Both the position numbers and the translations under genes were made by a program. From Squalus acanthias (lineage: Eukaryota), in the NCBI GenBank assembly GCA_030390025.1, contig CM059432.1, forward strand, positions 111,540,001 to 111,604,000: a DNA stretch of 64,000 nt, read 5' to 3'. Every line of letters starts with the position of its first letter. Position 1 is the stretch's first letter. Shown piece by piece: positions 13,676 through 26,122 of the stretch. The notes under the pieces were generated by a model. That model was not told the DNA's origin and ran no database searches. It worked only from the letters and a program-made list of their open reading frames with translations.

Positions 13676-14386
13676 GGGCCACCTGAAGTGCCGGTTTCCT
13701 GCATACACTGCGCCTGCGCGGGAAACCGGAACTTCCGTTCCCCTGAAGGGAGGGGTTCAGAAGTCGAACGCGTGCGCGGGAGAGGCTGTGCGCACGCAGC
13801 GAACTTAGTTTTTTTTTTCAGGTTTCTCCGGGAAGGTAAGTATGGAGAAGCTGCACTTTTAAAAAGGAGGCGCAAGGCCTGATTTTAATAAGGTAAGTGG
13901 TTAATTAATTACAATTTAAACATTTTTTCAACAGGTTTATCTTTTTTAGATACTTTAAAGAAAGGTACGTTTATTTTTAGCACCGTTAAAAAGTATAATT
14001 AATTTTTTCAAAAATTAAAATTTTTGTTTAAAGTAGTTAATTTATGTAACTTATAGTTATTTTAAAAATTTGATTTTTTTTTTCAATTTATTTGAAGTTT
14101 AAGTGTGGTTTTGGGGCCAATCTCTATTCATAGATTTGACAGGTCTTCCTGTCAAATCTATGAATGAAAATGCCCTGCTAGGATTGGCTCTCCATGGCCC
14201 ACGTGATCCCAGGGGACGCTTCGAACTAACTGCGCCCCTGGGATACGCAAGCACTGCGCGCCGGCAGCTGCAGGAGGCCCAGGAGCCGAAGTCCTCGTGG
14301 GCCCAAAGCACAACTGCAGGCGCGGTAGGCAAGTACGCGCGCGATGCTTGCACCCGCAGGAAGCCGGAAAGCCGAATTTCTGGCCC
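13676..14386 (+). mobile_element. Harbinger-type MITE family X, copy 1 (left end partly deleted)
   Basis: Collinear with 58059-58808 and with the reverse complement of 51303-52072. Right TIR GCCGAATTTCTGGCCC. Confidence 0.85.
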
Positions 14387-15099
14387 CATGTATTTTCCTT
14401 ACCAACTGCCCAAATTTCTACCTTCACTTAGCACATCGCATGCATAAATATGTAAATCTCTGTATGTATTGTGGGGGAGCAACACATTACCTTTACTGTC
14501 CACCTGTTCACGATGTTGCCTTTTTAGCGTGGCCAAAATGTATAGAACAGTTTAATTCAAACTTTTCTTGTTTACCATGTATCTCTGCAACAGAGTGTAT
14601 TTCATCATAAAGCACAGGCGGAGGCCAGGACTTCTATTTCGAACATCCCTCCAAACTGGAGTAATAGTGCAATCTTCCTAAAACTTTCTACCTGATTACC
14701 TAAAACTTTCTGTTTGAGTGTAGAGTATAAACATAAATAAAACATTTTGAACACATCACAGAATTCCACTCAGACATTTTTCATTGTTTAAAGTTTCACT
14801 TGTATTATGTAATATATGTAAACAACCCCTTGAATATAATAACTTGCATTGTTTTTGCTTCAGAAAAATTTAAGGACTTTGTGCTTTGCTTTTGATGTAT
14901 TCCCGATTTTAATCGCTCCACCATTGGTGGCTGTGCCTTCAGCTGCCGAGACCCTAAGCTGTGGAACTCCTTCCCTAAACCCCTCCGCCTTGCTACCTCT
15001 CTTTCCTTCTTTAATGTGGAGATGCCGGTGTTGGACTGGGGTGGACAAATGTGAGAAGTCGCACAACACCAGGTTATAGTCCAACAGTTTTATTTTAAA

Positions 15100-15136
15100 T
15101 CACAAGCTTTCGGAGCGCTGCTCCTTCGTCAGGTGA
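15100..15136 (-). ncRNA. Minimal hammerhead ribozyme (inverted copy)
   Basis: Exact reverse complement of 15357-15393. Confidence 0.85.
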
Positions 15137-15356
15137 AGTGAAGAGATGTATATCGGCACAGCATATATAGTCAGAGAACACTGCCAGACGATTACAGTTA
15201 ATCTTTCTAACTGCCCTTTATCACACCTTGGCAGAGAGACAAACACGGACAAATCTCTCTGCCGAGGTGTGATAAAGGGCAGTTAGAAAGATTAACTGTA
15301 ATCGTCTGGCAGTATTCTCTGACTATATATGCTGTGCCGATATACATCTCTTTACT

Positions 15357-15393
15357 TCACCTGACGAAGGAGCAGCGCTCCGAAAGCTTGTGA
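15357..15393 (+). ncRNA. Minimal type I hammerhead ribozyme
   Basis: UCAC-CUGACGA-A-GGAGC-AGC-GCUCC-GAAA-GCU-U^GUGA: conserved core, stem II, palindromic AGCU in place of stem III, stem I UCAC/GUGA. Confidence 0.85.
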
Positions 15394-16419
15394 TTTCAAA
15401 TAAAACTGTTGGACTATAACCTGGTGTTGTGCGACTTCTCACATTCCTTCTTTAAGACGCTCCTTAAAACCTACCTCACCTGCCCTAATTTCTCCTTATG
15501 TGGCTCGGTGTCAAATTTTGTTTGATAACGCTCCCGTGAAGTGTCTTGGGACGTCTTACTACGTTAAAGGCGCTATATAAATACAAGTTGTTGTTGTTTC
15601 ATAGAAAAAAGTTTTGGTATCTTTCATTGTCCTAAAGATTGTTTCGCTGGGAGTGTTTTGTAATATTCCACTGACACACCTGAGTGGAGGAATGGCTGGG
15701 ACTTACAAACAGGAAGCCCTGGTATACTGTGAATGGTCAAGTTACACTTTCAATCATAAACCTGTCTGGGGGCTCTGTGTACATGTGCATCTAATAATGC
15801 TGGGTCTGAGAATCTGTATGGATCTACAATGGAATACAACAGGCCTTCAGTGGAAAATATTTGCTACAGATAGTTCAAGCACAGAAAATGTCTCTGTATA
15901 TCTAATAATTTTCATGAATTATTTGATGTATTTATTATGTTACATATCTTCCAGCGCTTCTTAGCTTACTGCAGAAACCAAAAGGATTTCCAAATTGATT
16001 CTTATTGTTGGTAGATTTTACTGAATGCTCAGGCGTGATGCTTTGTTTTAATATGGCCTTAGCAGTTCCATGGGGAAGTTTATTTCTTCATATTTGAAAG
16101 TTTAAAATAAAATAACAAAGTGCATACAATCTAGTTTTAAAAATATAAACTTATTGACCCCGGAATACATTTGTCAAAACAATTCACAAAAATAGAAATG
16201 TTTAGTTTTAAAATATACAAGTTGATCTCCCGTGGTGTACAAAGGAAGTTAAGATGAAATATTTTTAGTTAGAGACTGGGCATAATTGGACCAAGGTGCG
16301 CAGATCTAATTTAGTCCCCATTTAAAAGTCACAAATTCTGCCCTCCTTATATTTCCATTATATGTCCACATTTGTAATGGAAACTGCCTTTGTAAACTTG
16401 TTGCACTTTAATTATGTCA

Positions 16420-16670
16420 CCCTTCTTTCTATCTCTCTCAACTGCCCTCTCATTCTTAGTCATCCTTTCTATTTCTCTTAACTCCTCTCTTTACACCTTT
16501 TCTCTCTCTCCTCTGCTCGCTCACTTTCTCTTCCTCTCAATCCCCCTCTTTCTCTCAACCTGCCCCTCTCTCCACCCTCAACATCCTTTCTCTTAACTCC
16601 CTCTTTAACCCTTTCTGTCTCTTTCTTCCCCCTCCATCTCTCTCTCACACCTCTCTCTGACATTCCACTC
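16420..16670. repeat. CT-rich low-complexity tract
   Basis: Polypyrimidine, degenerate (CT)n. Confidence 0.85.
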
Positions 16671-17025
16671 TGCTTAGTACAATTTCTGAAGTTCATAGAA
16701 CCTTAAAAAAAAAGCTACAACATGTGTATAATTAGTACGCTCGAATTTTTTCTCACTGTCTCACACAGACACGTATTGATATAGCTTCTCAGCAAAGCAC
16801 TACATTTTATCTCAATTAACATTTGAAATTTATCCTTTAGTTTTTCCAAATTATTTGGAGAAAAGCTACTAAGAAAATTGAAGCAGCTGAAGAAAACTGA
16901 CTGGCACAAATGTGGCAGGCGGTTTTGGAAATGAAAGGGAGATTCGATATGGAGCTGTAGTTTGCAGAGGAGTCGAGGGTTGGTTTTTTGAGGGATGGAG
17001 ATGGCAGTTATGAAAGGGAAGGCAA

Positions 17026-17485
17026 ACATAAGAACAGGAGTAGGCCATTCAGCCGCTCGAGCCTGTTCCAGCATTCAATTAAATTATGGCTGATGTGTTC
17101 TTCGACACCTTTGAGCCATATCCCTCGATGCCCTTTTGTAACAATAATCTATCAATCTCAGTCTTGAAAACTTTAATTGACCCAGCATCCACAGTCTTTT
17201 GGGGAGAGAGTTCCATATTTCCACTACCCATAGTGTGAAAAAGTGCTTCCTGAATGGCCTAACTCTAATTTTAAGATTGTGTCCCTTGTTCTGGATTCCC
17301 CACCAGAGGAGAGAGTTTCTCTGTATCTATCTTATCATTTGAGGGAATACAAGCCAAGGTTATGCAACCTGTCCTCATAATTTAACCCTTTAAGCCCAGG
17401 TATCATTCTGATGAATTTGTGTTGTACCCCTTCCAAGGCCAATATATCCTTCCTGAGGTGCAGTGCCCAGAACTGAACGCAGTGT
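17026..17485 (-). mobile_element. CR1 3' fragment
   Basis: CR1 tail plus HCVQFWALHLRKDILALEGVQ. Confidence 0.85.
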
Positions 17486-18110
17486 CTATGTCCCTTTGTA
17501 GCTCCCTGCTCCTGTTTGCACAACTTACTGAGCCCTCCTAACTTAGTGTTATTACCATGTCAACTAGTATGGGGGCCATGAAGGGAAGTTGGGGGATCAG
17601 CAGTTTAGTGGGAATAGTGTTTTATACATTGGATTTTATGATCATTTTTGTTGTGGATAATTTTGGAGCTCTGACACACTATAGCACTGAACTGTCTTTG
17701 TTTAGCTTCATAAGATGTGCAATAGTTAAAATTCAGAATGTAGTCTGAAGGTACAGCTTTGAACAGCCTCTTCCCCAGACTGACGCACAATAAATTGCAT
17801 TTCCTTATGTTAGAATGAGCACCACCAGGTACGCTTTCTTCAGGCAAGTTCAGGCAACCTGAGCATTAATGGGAAATATATTTAACTGTATTGTATTTTC
17901 TTTAGTGTAATTTTACATTTTTCTATTTAGACCCAACCTATTGAAACAGACCAGTGTTTGTTCTGGGTCCATATCTGGACTTTTAGTACCGTTTTTATTT
18001 TTGGATCTTCAAGCATGTCACTAAGGAATGATACAAATTAAACCTTATTTAGCATTCTGATTACATTTTCTGTTTTGGTTGCACATTCTGTCCATACTGT
18101 CACATGTACA

Positions 18111-18824
18111 TTTTTTTTAAATTTGTTTATGGGATGTGGGCGTCGCTGGCAAGGCCAGCATTTATTGCCCATCCCTAATTGCCCTTCAGAAGGTGGTGGT
18201 GAGCCGCCGCCTTGAACTGCTGCAGTCCGTGTGGTGAAGGTACTCCCACAGTACTGTTAGGGAGGGAGTTCCAGGATTTTGACCCAGCGATGATGAAGGA
18301 ACGGCAATATACTTCTAAGTCAGGATGGTGTGTGACTTGGAAGGGAACTTGGAGGTGGTGGTGTTCCCATGCGCCTGCTGCCCTTGTCCTTCTAGGTGGA
18401 AGAGGTCGCAGGTTTGGGAGGTGCTGCCGAAGGAGCCTTGGCAAGTTGCTGCAGTGCATCTTGTAGATGGTACACACTGCAGCCACGGTACGCCGGTGGT
18501 GGAGGGAGTGAATGTTTAAGGTGGTGGATGGGGTGCCAATCAAGCGGGCTGCTTTGTCCTGGATGGTGTCGAGCTTCTTGAGTGTTGTTGGAGCTGCACT
18601 CATCCAGGCAAGTGGTGAGTATTCCATCAGACTCCTTACTTGTGCCTTGTAGATGGTGGAAAGGCTTTGGGGAGTCAGGAGGTGAGACACTCGCCGCAGA
18701 ATACCTAGCCTCCGACCTGCTCATGTTGCCACAGTATTTATGTGGCTGGTCCAGTTAAGGTTCTGGTCAATGGTGACCCCCAGGATGTTGATGGTGGGGT
18801 TTCGCCGATGGTAATGCCATTGAA
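18111..18824 (-). mobile_element. 5'-truncated copy of the single-ORF CR1/L2-group LINE
   Basis: ORF 18175-18690 (SHLLTPQSLSTIYKAQVRS..EYSPLAW) is nearly identical to 63380-63700. Poly(A) tail present. Confidence 0.92.
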
Positions 18825-20125
18825 AATTATCATGAATTGTTCCTAAAACCGTGTTTCCATTGCTGGCTTTCATTTATTAATACGAGCTGATGTTGTACCA
18901 CGTTACTCACGGGTAGTCTTGGGTTTCAAATGTAGTTATGCTGTTTAGCTGCTAGTCTGACCTGTCCCTTTTAGACCAATGCTCAGCTGCTCTTTGTGAG
19001 TTCAGGCTGCAGATCAGAACCCGACTTCTTTTCAAATGTGATCGGTAAGATCAATCAGAGGTTTACAGGGATTCTGGCTCCAGTGCAAAATAAGATATTT
19101 TGAGCTGCTGGCGGACTTTGTATATTCTAAATGACTGCCTTTCTTTATTTACACTTTTTTTTAAGAATGTGTCGCAGAAATTTCCAGTATGACACATGTA
19201 ATCTGACAGATAGATACATAATGCACCAGTATTGTTCCTATTACATTAATTCATTTCCTGTGGCGTTGCTGGTGCACTGTTTTATGAGGACCAAGTTATA
19301 CCATATAATGAATTATTCTGCTGCTAAAGTGAAGCTCTCCGCTTTAAGGTCATAAGAGCTTAATTGCTTAGTAAACACTGAATGAGGTCAGAATTAACTT
19401 CTTCAGGCTGTAGGTCACAACCCAGGCTTTTTTGAAACTGTGTTTGGCAACGTCATTAACAATTTACAGACATTCTGGCTCCTGTATAAAATTATTGCCA
19501 TTGTTCCTTTAAACCTTTTTTTCAAGTGTGACACAGAAATTTGAGTGTGATACTTGAAATGAGACATAAAAGGTACAAGTGTGATTCACTGGAAATTGGT
19601 GCTAGACATACCCTTTTTATAATAGAGATGTAAAATCATCTTTTAACAAGAAAGAGTAAGCTAGTAATTTAAGGTTGGGTGCTTCTGAATTGGAGCTGGG
19701 ACTGATGAGCACTTCACAATTTGCAAGGTTCTCCAAAAAGTAATTAAACTCTGAGCAACATAAGGTTAGGTTTACTTAATAACAGACTTAGTTGCCTTAA
19801 AATAACACCGCTCAGCCATAGCAAAATAATACATTGTTCATTATATCATGAATTGTTCCTAAAACATAAAAATTCCTGTCCTTAAATCATTCTACTTACC
19901 ATGAGAAATGCCACAGGACATCAGCTAGTAATCTATTTTGGATATTATTTCAGCACGTGTAGATGTCACATTTACTATAGATGCTATAGCTGTGTGATGC
20001 TCTGTTGCTGAGCTGCAGCCTCAAAGTCCACCAATTGAAACAACAGTTGAACTGTCAATGACCTAAGGCTCTGTTTATTTAACAATTAGACTTTCCTCTT
20101 TTCAAGGAGCACAGCGTCACCTCAT

Positions 20126-20357
20126 CAACAACAACAACTTGTATTTATATAGCGCCTTTAACATAGTAAAACGTCCCAAGGCGCTTCACAGGAGTATTAT
20201 AAGACAAAAAAAATTGACACTGAGCCACTTAAGGAGAAATTAGGGCAGGTGACCAAAAGCTTAGCCAAAGAGGTAGGTTTGAAGGAGCGTCTTAAAGGAG
20301 GAAAGAGGCGGAGAGGTTTAGGCAGAGAATTCCAGAGCCTAGAGCCTAGGCAACAGA
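20126..20357 (-). mobile_element. L2-type 3' tail fragment
   Basis: CAACAACAACTTGTATTTATATAGCGCC, the reverse complement of the tail at 15560-15596. Confidence 0.8.
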
Positions 20358-21702
20358 ATAATCAGCAGAATAATACATAATTTTCTACTCTTAATAAAGC
20401 AATGCGTCGTCCAAGTTAGCGTGAACATTTCCATAGGAGACCTGATGTATCTTTCCGGAATTAGTTGATGGATACAGGTATAGTGCAAATCAGTGTGGAC
20501 TTCAGTCAGATTCATAGACTGCTTGCCCGGTTATGCCTACTTATTAGCCTGATTTTGACTTCTGTGACTTTGCAGCTTGACTTGACATAACTGGATCAGA
20601 CTGGTTGCATATATTGGACACTCGGTTCCCATCAGAAGTAAGAAAACCACTGTACTGCACACGTGTGCATAGAATGGTTACAGCACGGAAGAAGGCCATT
20701 CGGCCCGTCGAGCATGTGTTTATGCAACATATCATGCCAAATATGATTGATTGTGCCCATTCGAATGTGGTCCCAAATTGTAATGTCACGATCTGTGATG
20801 ATTTCTGAGGTAGGCTGTGGATGGTAGTGGTTATTCTATGTAAACTGTATCTCACCGTGTTGTGGGAGGGGGAGTGCTGGATCACTGTTAACGTCTATTG
20901 GGTTATGTCGGCCCTAATACACTTAATGAGCAGGGACAACTATGGTGTGCATGCAAATACAAGGAATGATGCTTACACAGCATTAACTACAAAAAAGAGT
21001 GAATTTCAATGACTTATCTAAAATTCCAACAATGTATCATAAAATCTCAAGTGTTGAACAGGAGCAACTATCAACCTGCAGAGCTTGCTGAGGTTCCTGG
21101 CAGAATGTGGAGAGTTTCTGTCCTTATTGCAGAAATCAACCATCTGTGAAGACTTTATCATTGTTGCCACAAAGTTGTTCAATAAAATCAATTTTCAAAT
21201 AAAAGCAACTCGGCTGCCTTTTTTAAGCCGATCTTTAACGTGGGTGTGAATGTAATTAATAAGGTGTATTTATCCCTCCATGGTCTTTTTCGCTGGCCAG
21301 GCGAAAGTCACCACCTGATACTTTGAATTACCTCGATTCCCTTTTCCTTTTCTCTTTTTTTTTTGTTGCTTGCTGTTTACCTTATTTTCAATTCTCTCTG
21401 CCGGTTGAGAAAGAATCCGTTTCATTCCGCCCAGCAGAAGTGAAACTGCCCTATAACTATAGTGATTTAGTATAGGTGAACGTAGTTTGAAGCTGGCTCA
21501 TCTTCATTCTGCATTCTTGACACATTATAGGAGTACAGACTACATTGATGAGATCTGAGGAAGCAAAGCGCAGTGCATGAAACAAGCTAGAAGATACATT
21601 TTATTGTGTCACATACATGCATACAATAGAAATACATACCTGTCTGAATAGCTTTCAGTTTGCACATGGCATATTTTTAACATCAAATGTTAATTTCTCA
21701 AA

Positions 21703-21992
21703 ATAGCCAGAGGACACAGATTTAAGATAATTGGCAAAAAAATCCAGGGGGGAAATGAGGTGAAATATTTTTAGGCAGCGAGGAGTTATGATGTGGAATG
21801 CACTGCCTGAAAGGGTGGTGGAAGCAGATTCAGTAGTAATTTTCAAAAGGGAATTGGATATATACTTGAACAGGAAAAATTTGCAGGGCTATGGGGAAAG
21901 CAGGCAGTGAGACTAATTGGATAGCGCTTTCAAAGAGCCGGCACAGACACAATGGACCGATTGGCCTCCTTCTGTGCTGTATGATTCTATGA
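21703..21992 (+). mobile_element. CR1 3' fragment
   Basis: TGGAATGCACTGCCTGAAAGGGTGGTGG (WNALPERVV) and tail GGCCTCCTTCTGTGCTGTATGATTCTATGA. Confidence 0.8.
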
Positions 21993-22799
21993 AATAAATT
22001 ACTACGAGTGGTGGTTTAACTCTGTAGCCTGGTTTTGATACTAGAATCTCTTCGTGATGTACCCCAGGGTTCCATCCTTGGCACCCTCCTCCTCTTCATT
22101 TTACATTCTACTCCTCGACAACATCATCCAGAAGGATGGAGTCAGTTTTCGCATGTGTGCCGCCAACACTTCGGTCTGCTTCTCCATCTCCTACATTGGT
22201 CCCATGGCTGTTGCCACTCTCTAGCTATCTATCTGACAGTAAGAGCTGGATGATCTTTGTCCAGTTAGTGTCAGTAAAGCCAACATCCAGTTACTCTAAC
22301 GTGCTCGGAGATATTTCTCTGTTTATGATGAGCAACCTAGAAATGTAAGTGGTTTTTGTTATAGAGAAAGAATAAATACATTGGAGGACAAGCGTGTATT
22401 CTAATACCATGTAGTAGGGATTTGGAAGAGTAAATGATGCGTTTAGCTGGTGGTGCAGTTTAGAACAGCTATTGTCAGTCAATCTGGAGAACAAAGTTAC
22501 AATAGCACAAAATACATTGAGCAGGAGAATGGTTATTTCTGTCCAAAAACATTCTGTACATGAATTTTGAAGCTGCAAGTGGGTTCTTGCTGGTTGAAGT
22601 ATAGATAATCTTATTTGAGAGTAAACCATTGTTTCTGTTGTTTTGTAGCAGGACAGATACCTTTTACTACTGACAAGTGTTGGTCATTGCTTTAAAAAAT
22701 GCATCAAAAGCATTTGGTGCCCATTTCTAGCTTTGTTCACTTAAGTGACAGTTTGTGCATTCTTGGATCATTGAGGAGTTCATTCAGTGTGTTCAGACA

Positions 22800-22832
22800 G
22801 ATATAGATATATATATATAGATAGATATAGAT

Positions 22833-22879
<47 letters not shown>

Positions 22880-22910
22880 GAGATAGAGAGAGATATAGAT
22901 ATAGATATAG
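22800..22910. repeat. Compound (AT)n/(AG)n/(AGAT)n microsatellite
   Basis: Direct reading. Confidence 0.95.
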
Positions 22911-23704
22911 TTTAGCCAATTGCTTCTTAGTTCTTTCACTTCGTTTTATAAAATTTAGTTTGGTAAAATTGTCCTTCTTTGCATGTTTTTGACATGCATA
23001 CTTTAAATTTGTTATTTTGATCCCCTTCAGAATAATACAATGTTCTAGGTCAAGAAAGTTTGCCATTTGGTGGTTCAGGCAGATATAATGACTCCTGCAA
23101 TGTTTCACTCAAGCAATCATTCACACCTCTACTGAATTAAAAGCTCAGATTTTGCTGAGTTAGGAGATGATGATCTGCATTGTGGAATCAAAACAAATCT
23201 ACTCATACATCATGAAAGAAACATTTTATTAAAAAAATAGTTGAAGAAATAAATGATCAGTGAGGTTCACTTTGTGGGCGTATGTAAACTTGATGATTTT
23301 ATGTACTTCGTGTTTTATTGGGTTGTGGCAGTGAAAACTAGCTTTTATTGTATGTTGCTTTAGAATATCATTGCTATTACGAGATCTTGTTATTAAGGGC
23401 CACTTACTGTCACTAGGAGGGAGCAGCCCGCCATTTTCATCATACTGTTATGCACAGGCAAAGAGCTGAGGTTTTACGTGAATTTGGTTTCCTAGAAGAC
23501 CGAATTTGGTGCAGTCACTCCTTATTTAATTACTTTTATAAAAATGAAGATGGTCATCAACCACACAGGCAGGGGGACACCAGGCTTCATGCAGCAGTGG
23601 GGGTATAACAATTTGCCATAGCAACCCCAGGCTAAGGAGGAGTAAAAATCAACCATGGTTCCTGCTCCCAATTACTACCCAGTGATCCTTAATGAGAAGT
23701 GTAT

Positions 23705-23744
23705 GGCCAGGAATTTCCTCGGAGCTCCAACAGAATTCTTGGCC
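23705..23744. mobile_element. 40-bp Harbinger-like micro-element
   Basis: TIR GGCCAGGAATT / AATTCTTGGCC. TSD TAT at 23702-23704 and 23745-23747. Confidence 0.55.
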
Positions 23745-24672
23745 TATATGGAAATCTAGCGAGGACAGGATCAGACTTGATTATGATAGTCCTCACAGTG
23801 AAATAAACCACTGACACTCACTGTCGAGGCTCGCACACAATTAGTGCTGGTTGAGGTGACAGACCTTCAAGAGACAAAGAAGAAAAGGAGAGAAAAATGT
23901 TTGGGAAGGATAGTATAGGTATAATGCTCCCAGTATGAAGTTGTTTTATTTTCTCTTACAATAAAAAACTAGTAAAATCCATCTCCTAAGAGAGATGTTT
24001 ATTTATGAAATTGATGACATCAGTTGCAGACATGAAACCAAAACTCTGTACCGTCCATTACTGAGTATTCCTAATTCAGACACCTTTCGATTCTTATCCA
24101 GGCTGTTCCTAAAAACTGAGTTTGTGGTTTCTCCATGAAGCCATTACTTGATATGCCTGAAACATTTTCATTGGAGTGGCTCCCTGGTGTGAGGAGAACT
24201 CCACTGCATTGAGTCTCCAGAGTGGGGTGAAAGGAATGACATGCAAAAGGATAATGCCAACCAGGTAGAAGATTGTGCTGACCAATTTGTTTATATCCTT
24301 TTCATAGAAGTCTTATTTTTAAATGAAACCCCTGTGATGGGACATGGTTCTGGTTGGTTGAGTATAATTGTGAATCATTCCTGTCAGCTGTGTTTTATAA
24401 TACCAACTAAAAATTCATATTCAAAGCAATAGTTTGTGAAATTCACGGAAAATATGGTAACCAATCTTTCATTCTGCCCAATGAAGCTAATCATTACAAA
24501 AAGGAGTTGCCTTATTTAAGGCAACTCAGAATTTGGGGGAGGAGGAAAAAGGTTCTGAAATGATTCCCTTTTTAAAATATTGTGTTGTAACCTAAAGGTT
24601 TTCAGGTAAGGTGTGTACGGATCCTTGGAGGAGGTGCTGCCTCTTTACGTTTTTCACTTTTTTTTATTACAG

Positions 24673-24769
24673 AGACATTTCAAAATTTAAACCACTGTCC
24701 AGGACAACTACTGTAACGGTGATCACAGGAGATTATTACGATGAACAGCTTCCTGACCCTTTGAATAAG
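24673..24769 (+). CDS. Internal coding exon of a host gene, probably an alpha/beta-hydrolase-fold protein
   Basis: Acceptor TTTTTCACTTTTTTTATTACAG. Reads xDISKFKPLSRTTTVTVITGDYYDEQLPDPLNK. Donor AAG|GCAAGT is phase 0, matching the next exon. Confidence 0.7.
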
Positions 24770-26122
24770 GCAAGTACTGCATCTGAATCAACGGTGACCC
24801 ACACTGTTATCCTTTTAGCCTGCTGAGAATCTGAGAATCCATTTGAATTCACAGTAGAAATCCATTTGTAACAGGCTATGGTTTAACTTGTACAATAGTT
24901 TATCTGTAGAACAGCAAATACCTGGGAGGGATTGCAAGGCAGTCGTCTCCTCAAGGGACATGGATGACATCTAAGACCCAAGATGAGGTGGTACTTTTAA
25001 ATTTAACGGAGATATTTTGTGTAATAATGCATTGTGAATTCTCTGCAGTCATTCTATCTGGTTTTGGGTCCTCTCTTTTATTTACTGACAGCTCTTACTG
25101 TGAAAAGGGAGTAAAGGATACACTGAGTAATGACAAGCCAGTCAGCCTAACCTCGGTGGTGGGCAAATTATTGGAAAAAATTCTGAGGCACAGTATTGAT
25201 CATCATTTAGAAAGGCACGGATTAATCAAGGACAGTCAGCATTGATTTGTTAAGGGGAGGTCATGTCTGACTAACTTGATTGAATTTTTTGCGGAGGTAA
25301 CAAGGAGGATCGATGAGGGTAGTGCATTTGATGTAGTCTACATGGATTTTAGCAAGGCTTTTGATAAGGTCCCGCATGGCAGACTGGTCAGAGAAGTAAA
25401 AGCCCATGGGATCCAAGGGAAAGTGACAAGTTGGATCCAAAATTGGTTCAGTGGCAGGAAGCAAAGGGTAATGGTCAACGGATGTTTTTGTGACTGGAAG
25501 GCTGTTTCCAGTGGGGTTCCACAGGGCTCAGTACCGGGTCCTTACTTTTTGTGGTATACATCAATGATTTAGACTTCAATGTAGGGGGTATGATTAAGAA
25601 GTTTGCAGATGATACAAAAATTGGCCGTGTAGTTGACAGTATAGTATATGAGAAAGAAAGCTGTAGACTGCATGAAGATATCAATGGACTGGTCAGGTGG
25701 GCAGAAAGGTGGCAAATGGAATTCAATCCGGAGAAGTTGAGGTAATGCATTTGGAGAGGACTAACAAGGCAAGGGAGTACACAATAAATGGTAGGATACT
25801 GAGAAGTGTAGAGGAACAGAGGGACTTTGGAGTGCATGTCCACAGATTCCTCAAAGTAGCAGGACAGTTAAATAAGGTGGTTAAAAAGGCATATGGGATA
25901 CTTTCCTTTATTAGCCGAGGCATAGAATATAAGAGCCAGGGAGGTTATGCTGGAACTTTATAAAACACTAGTTAGGCCATAGCTGCAGTTCTGTGTACAG
26001 TTCTGGTCACCACATTACAGGAAAGATGTGATTGCACGAGAGAGGGTACAGAGGAGATTTACGAGGATATTGCCTGGACTGGGGAATTTTAGCTATGAGG
26101 AAAGATTGGATAGGCTGGGGTT

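Larger units (their letters stand above)
15015..15443. mobile_element. Palindromic Penelope-like mini-element (family B)
   Basis: 192-bp inverted arms (15048-15239 / 15254-15445, about 4 mismatches). 12-bp TSD TTCCTTCTTTAA at 15003-15014 and 15444-15455. Confidence 0.88.
14897..15596 (+). mobile_element. L2-type 3' end fragment interrupted by a palindromic PLE
   Basis: CCATTGGTGGCTGTGCCTTC..CTTAAAACCTACCTC..GGCGCTATATAAATACAAGTTGTTGTTG. Same family as 39432-39858 and 20126-20357. Confidence 0.8.
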
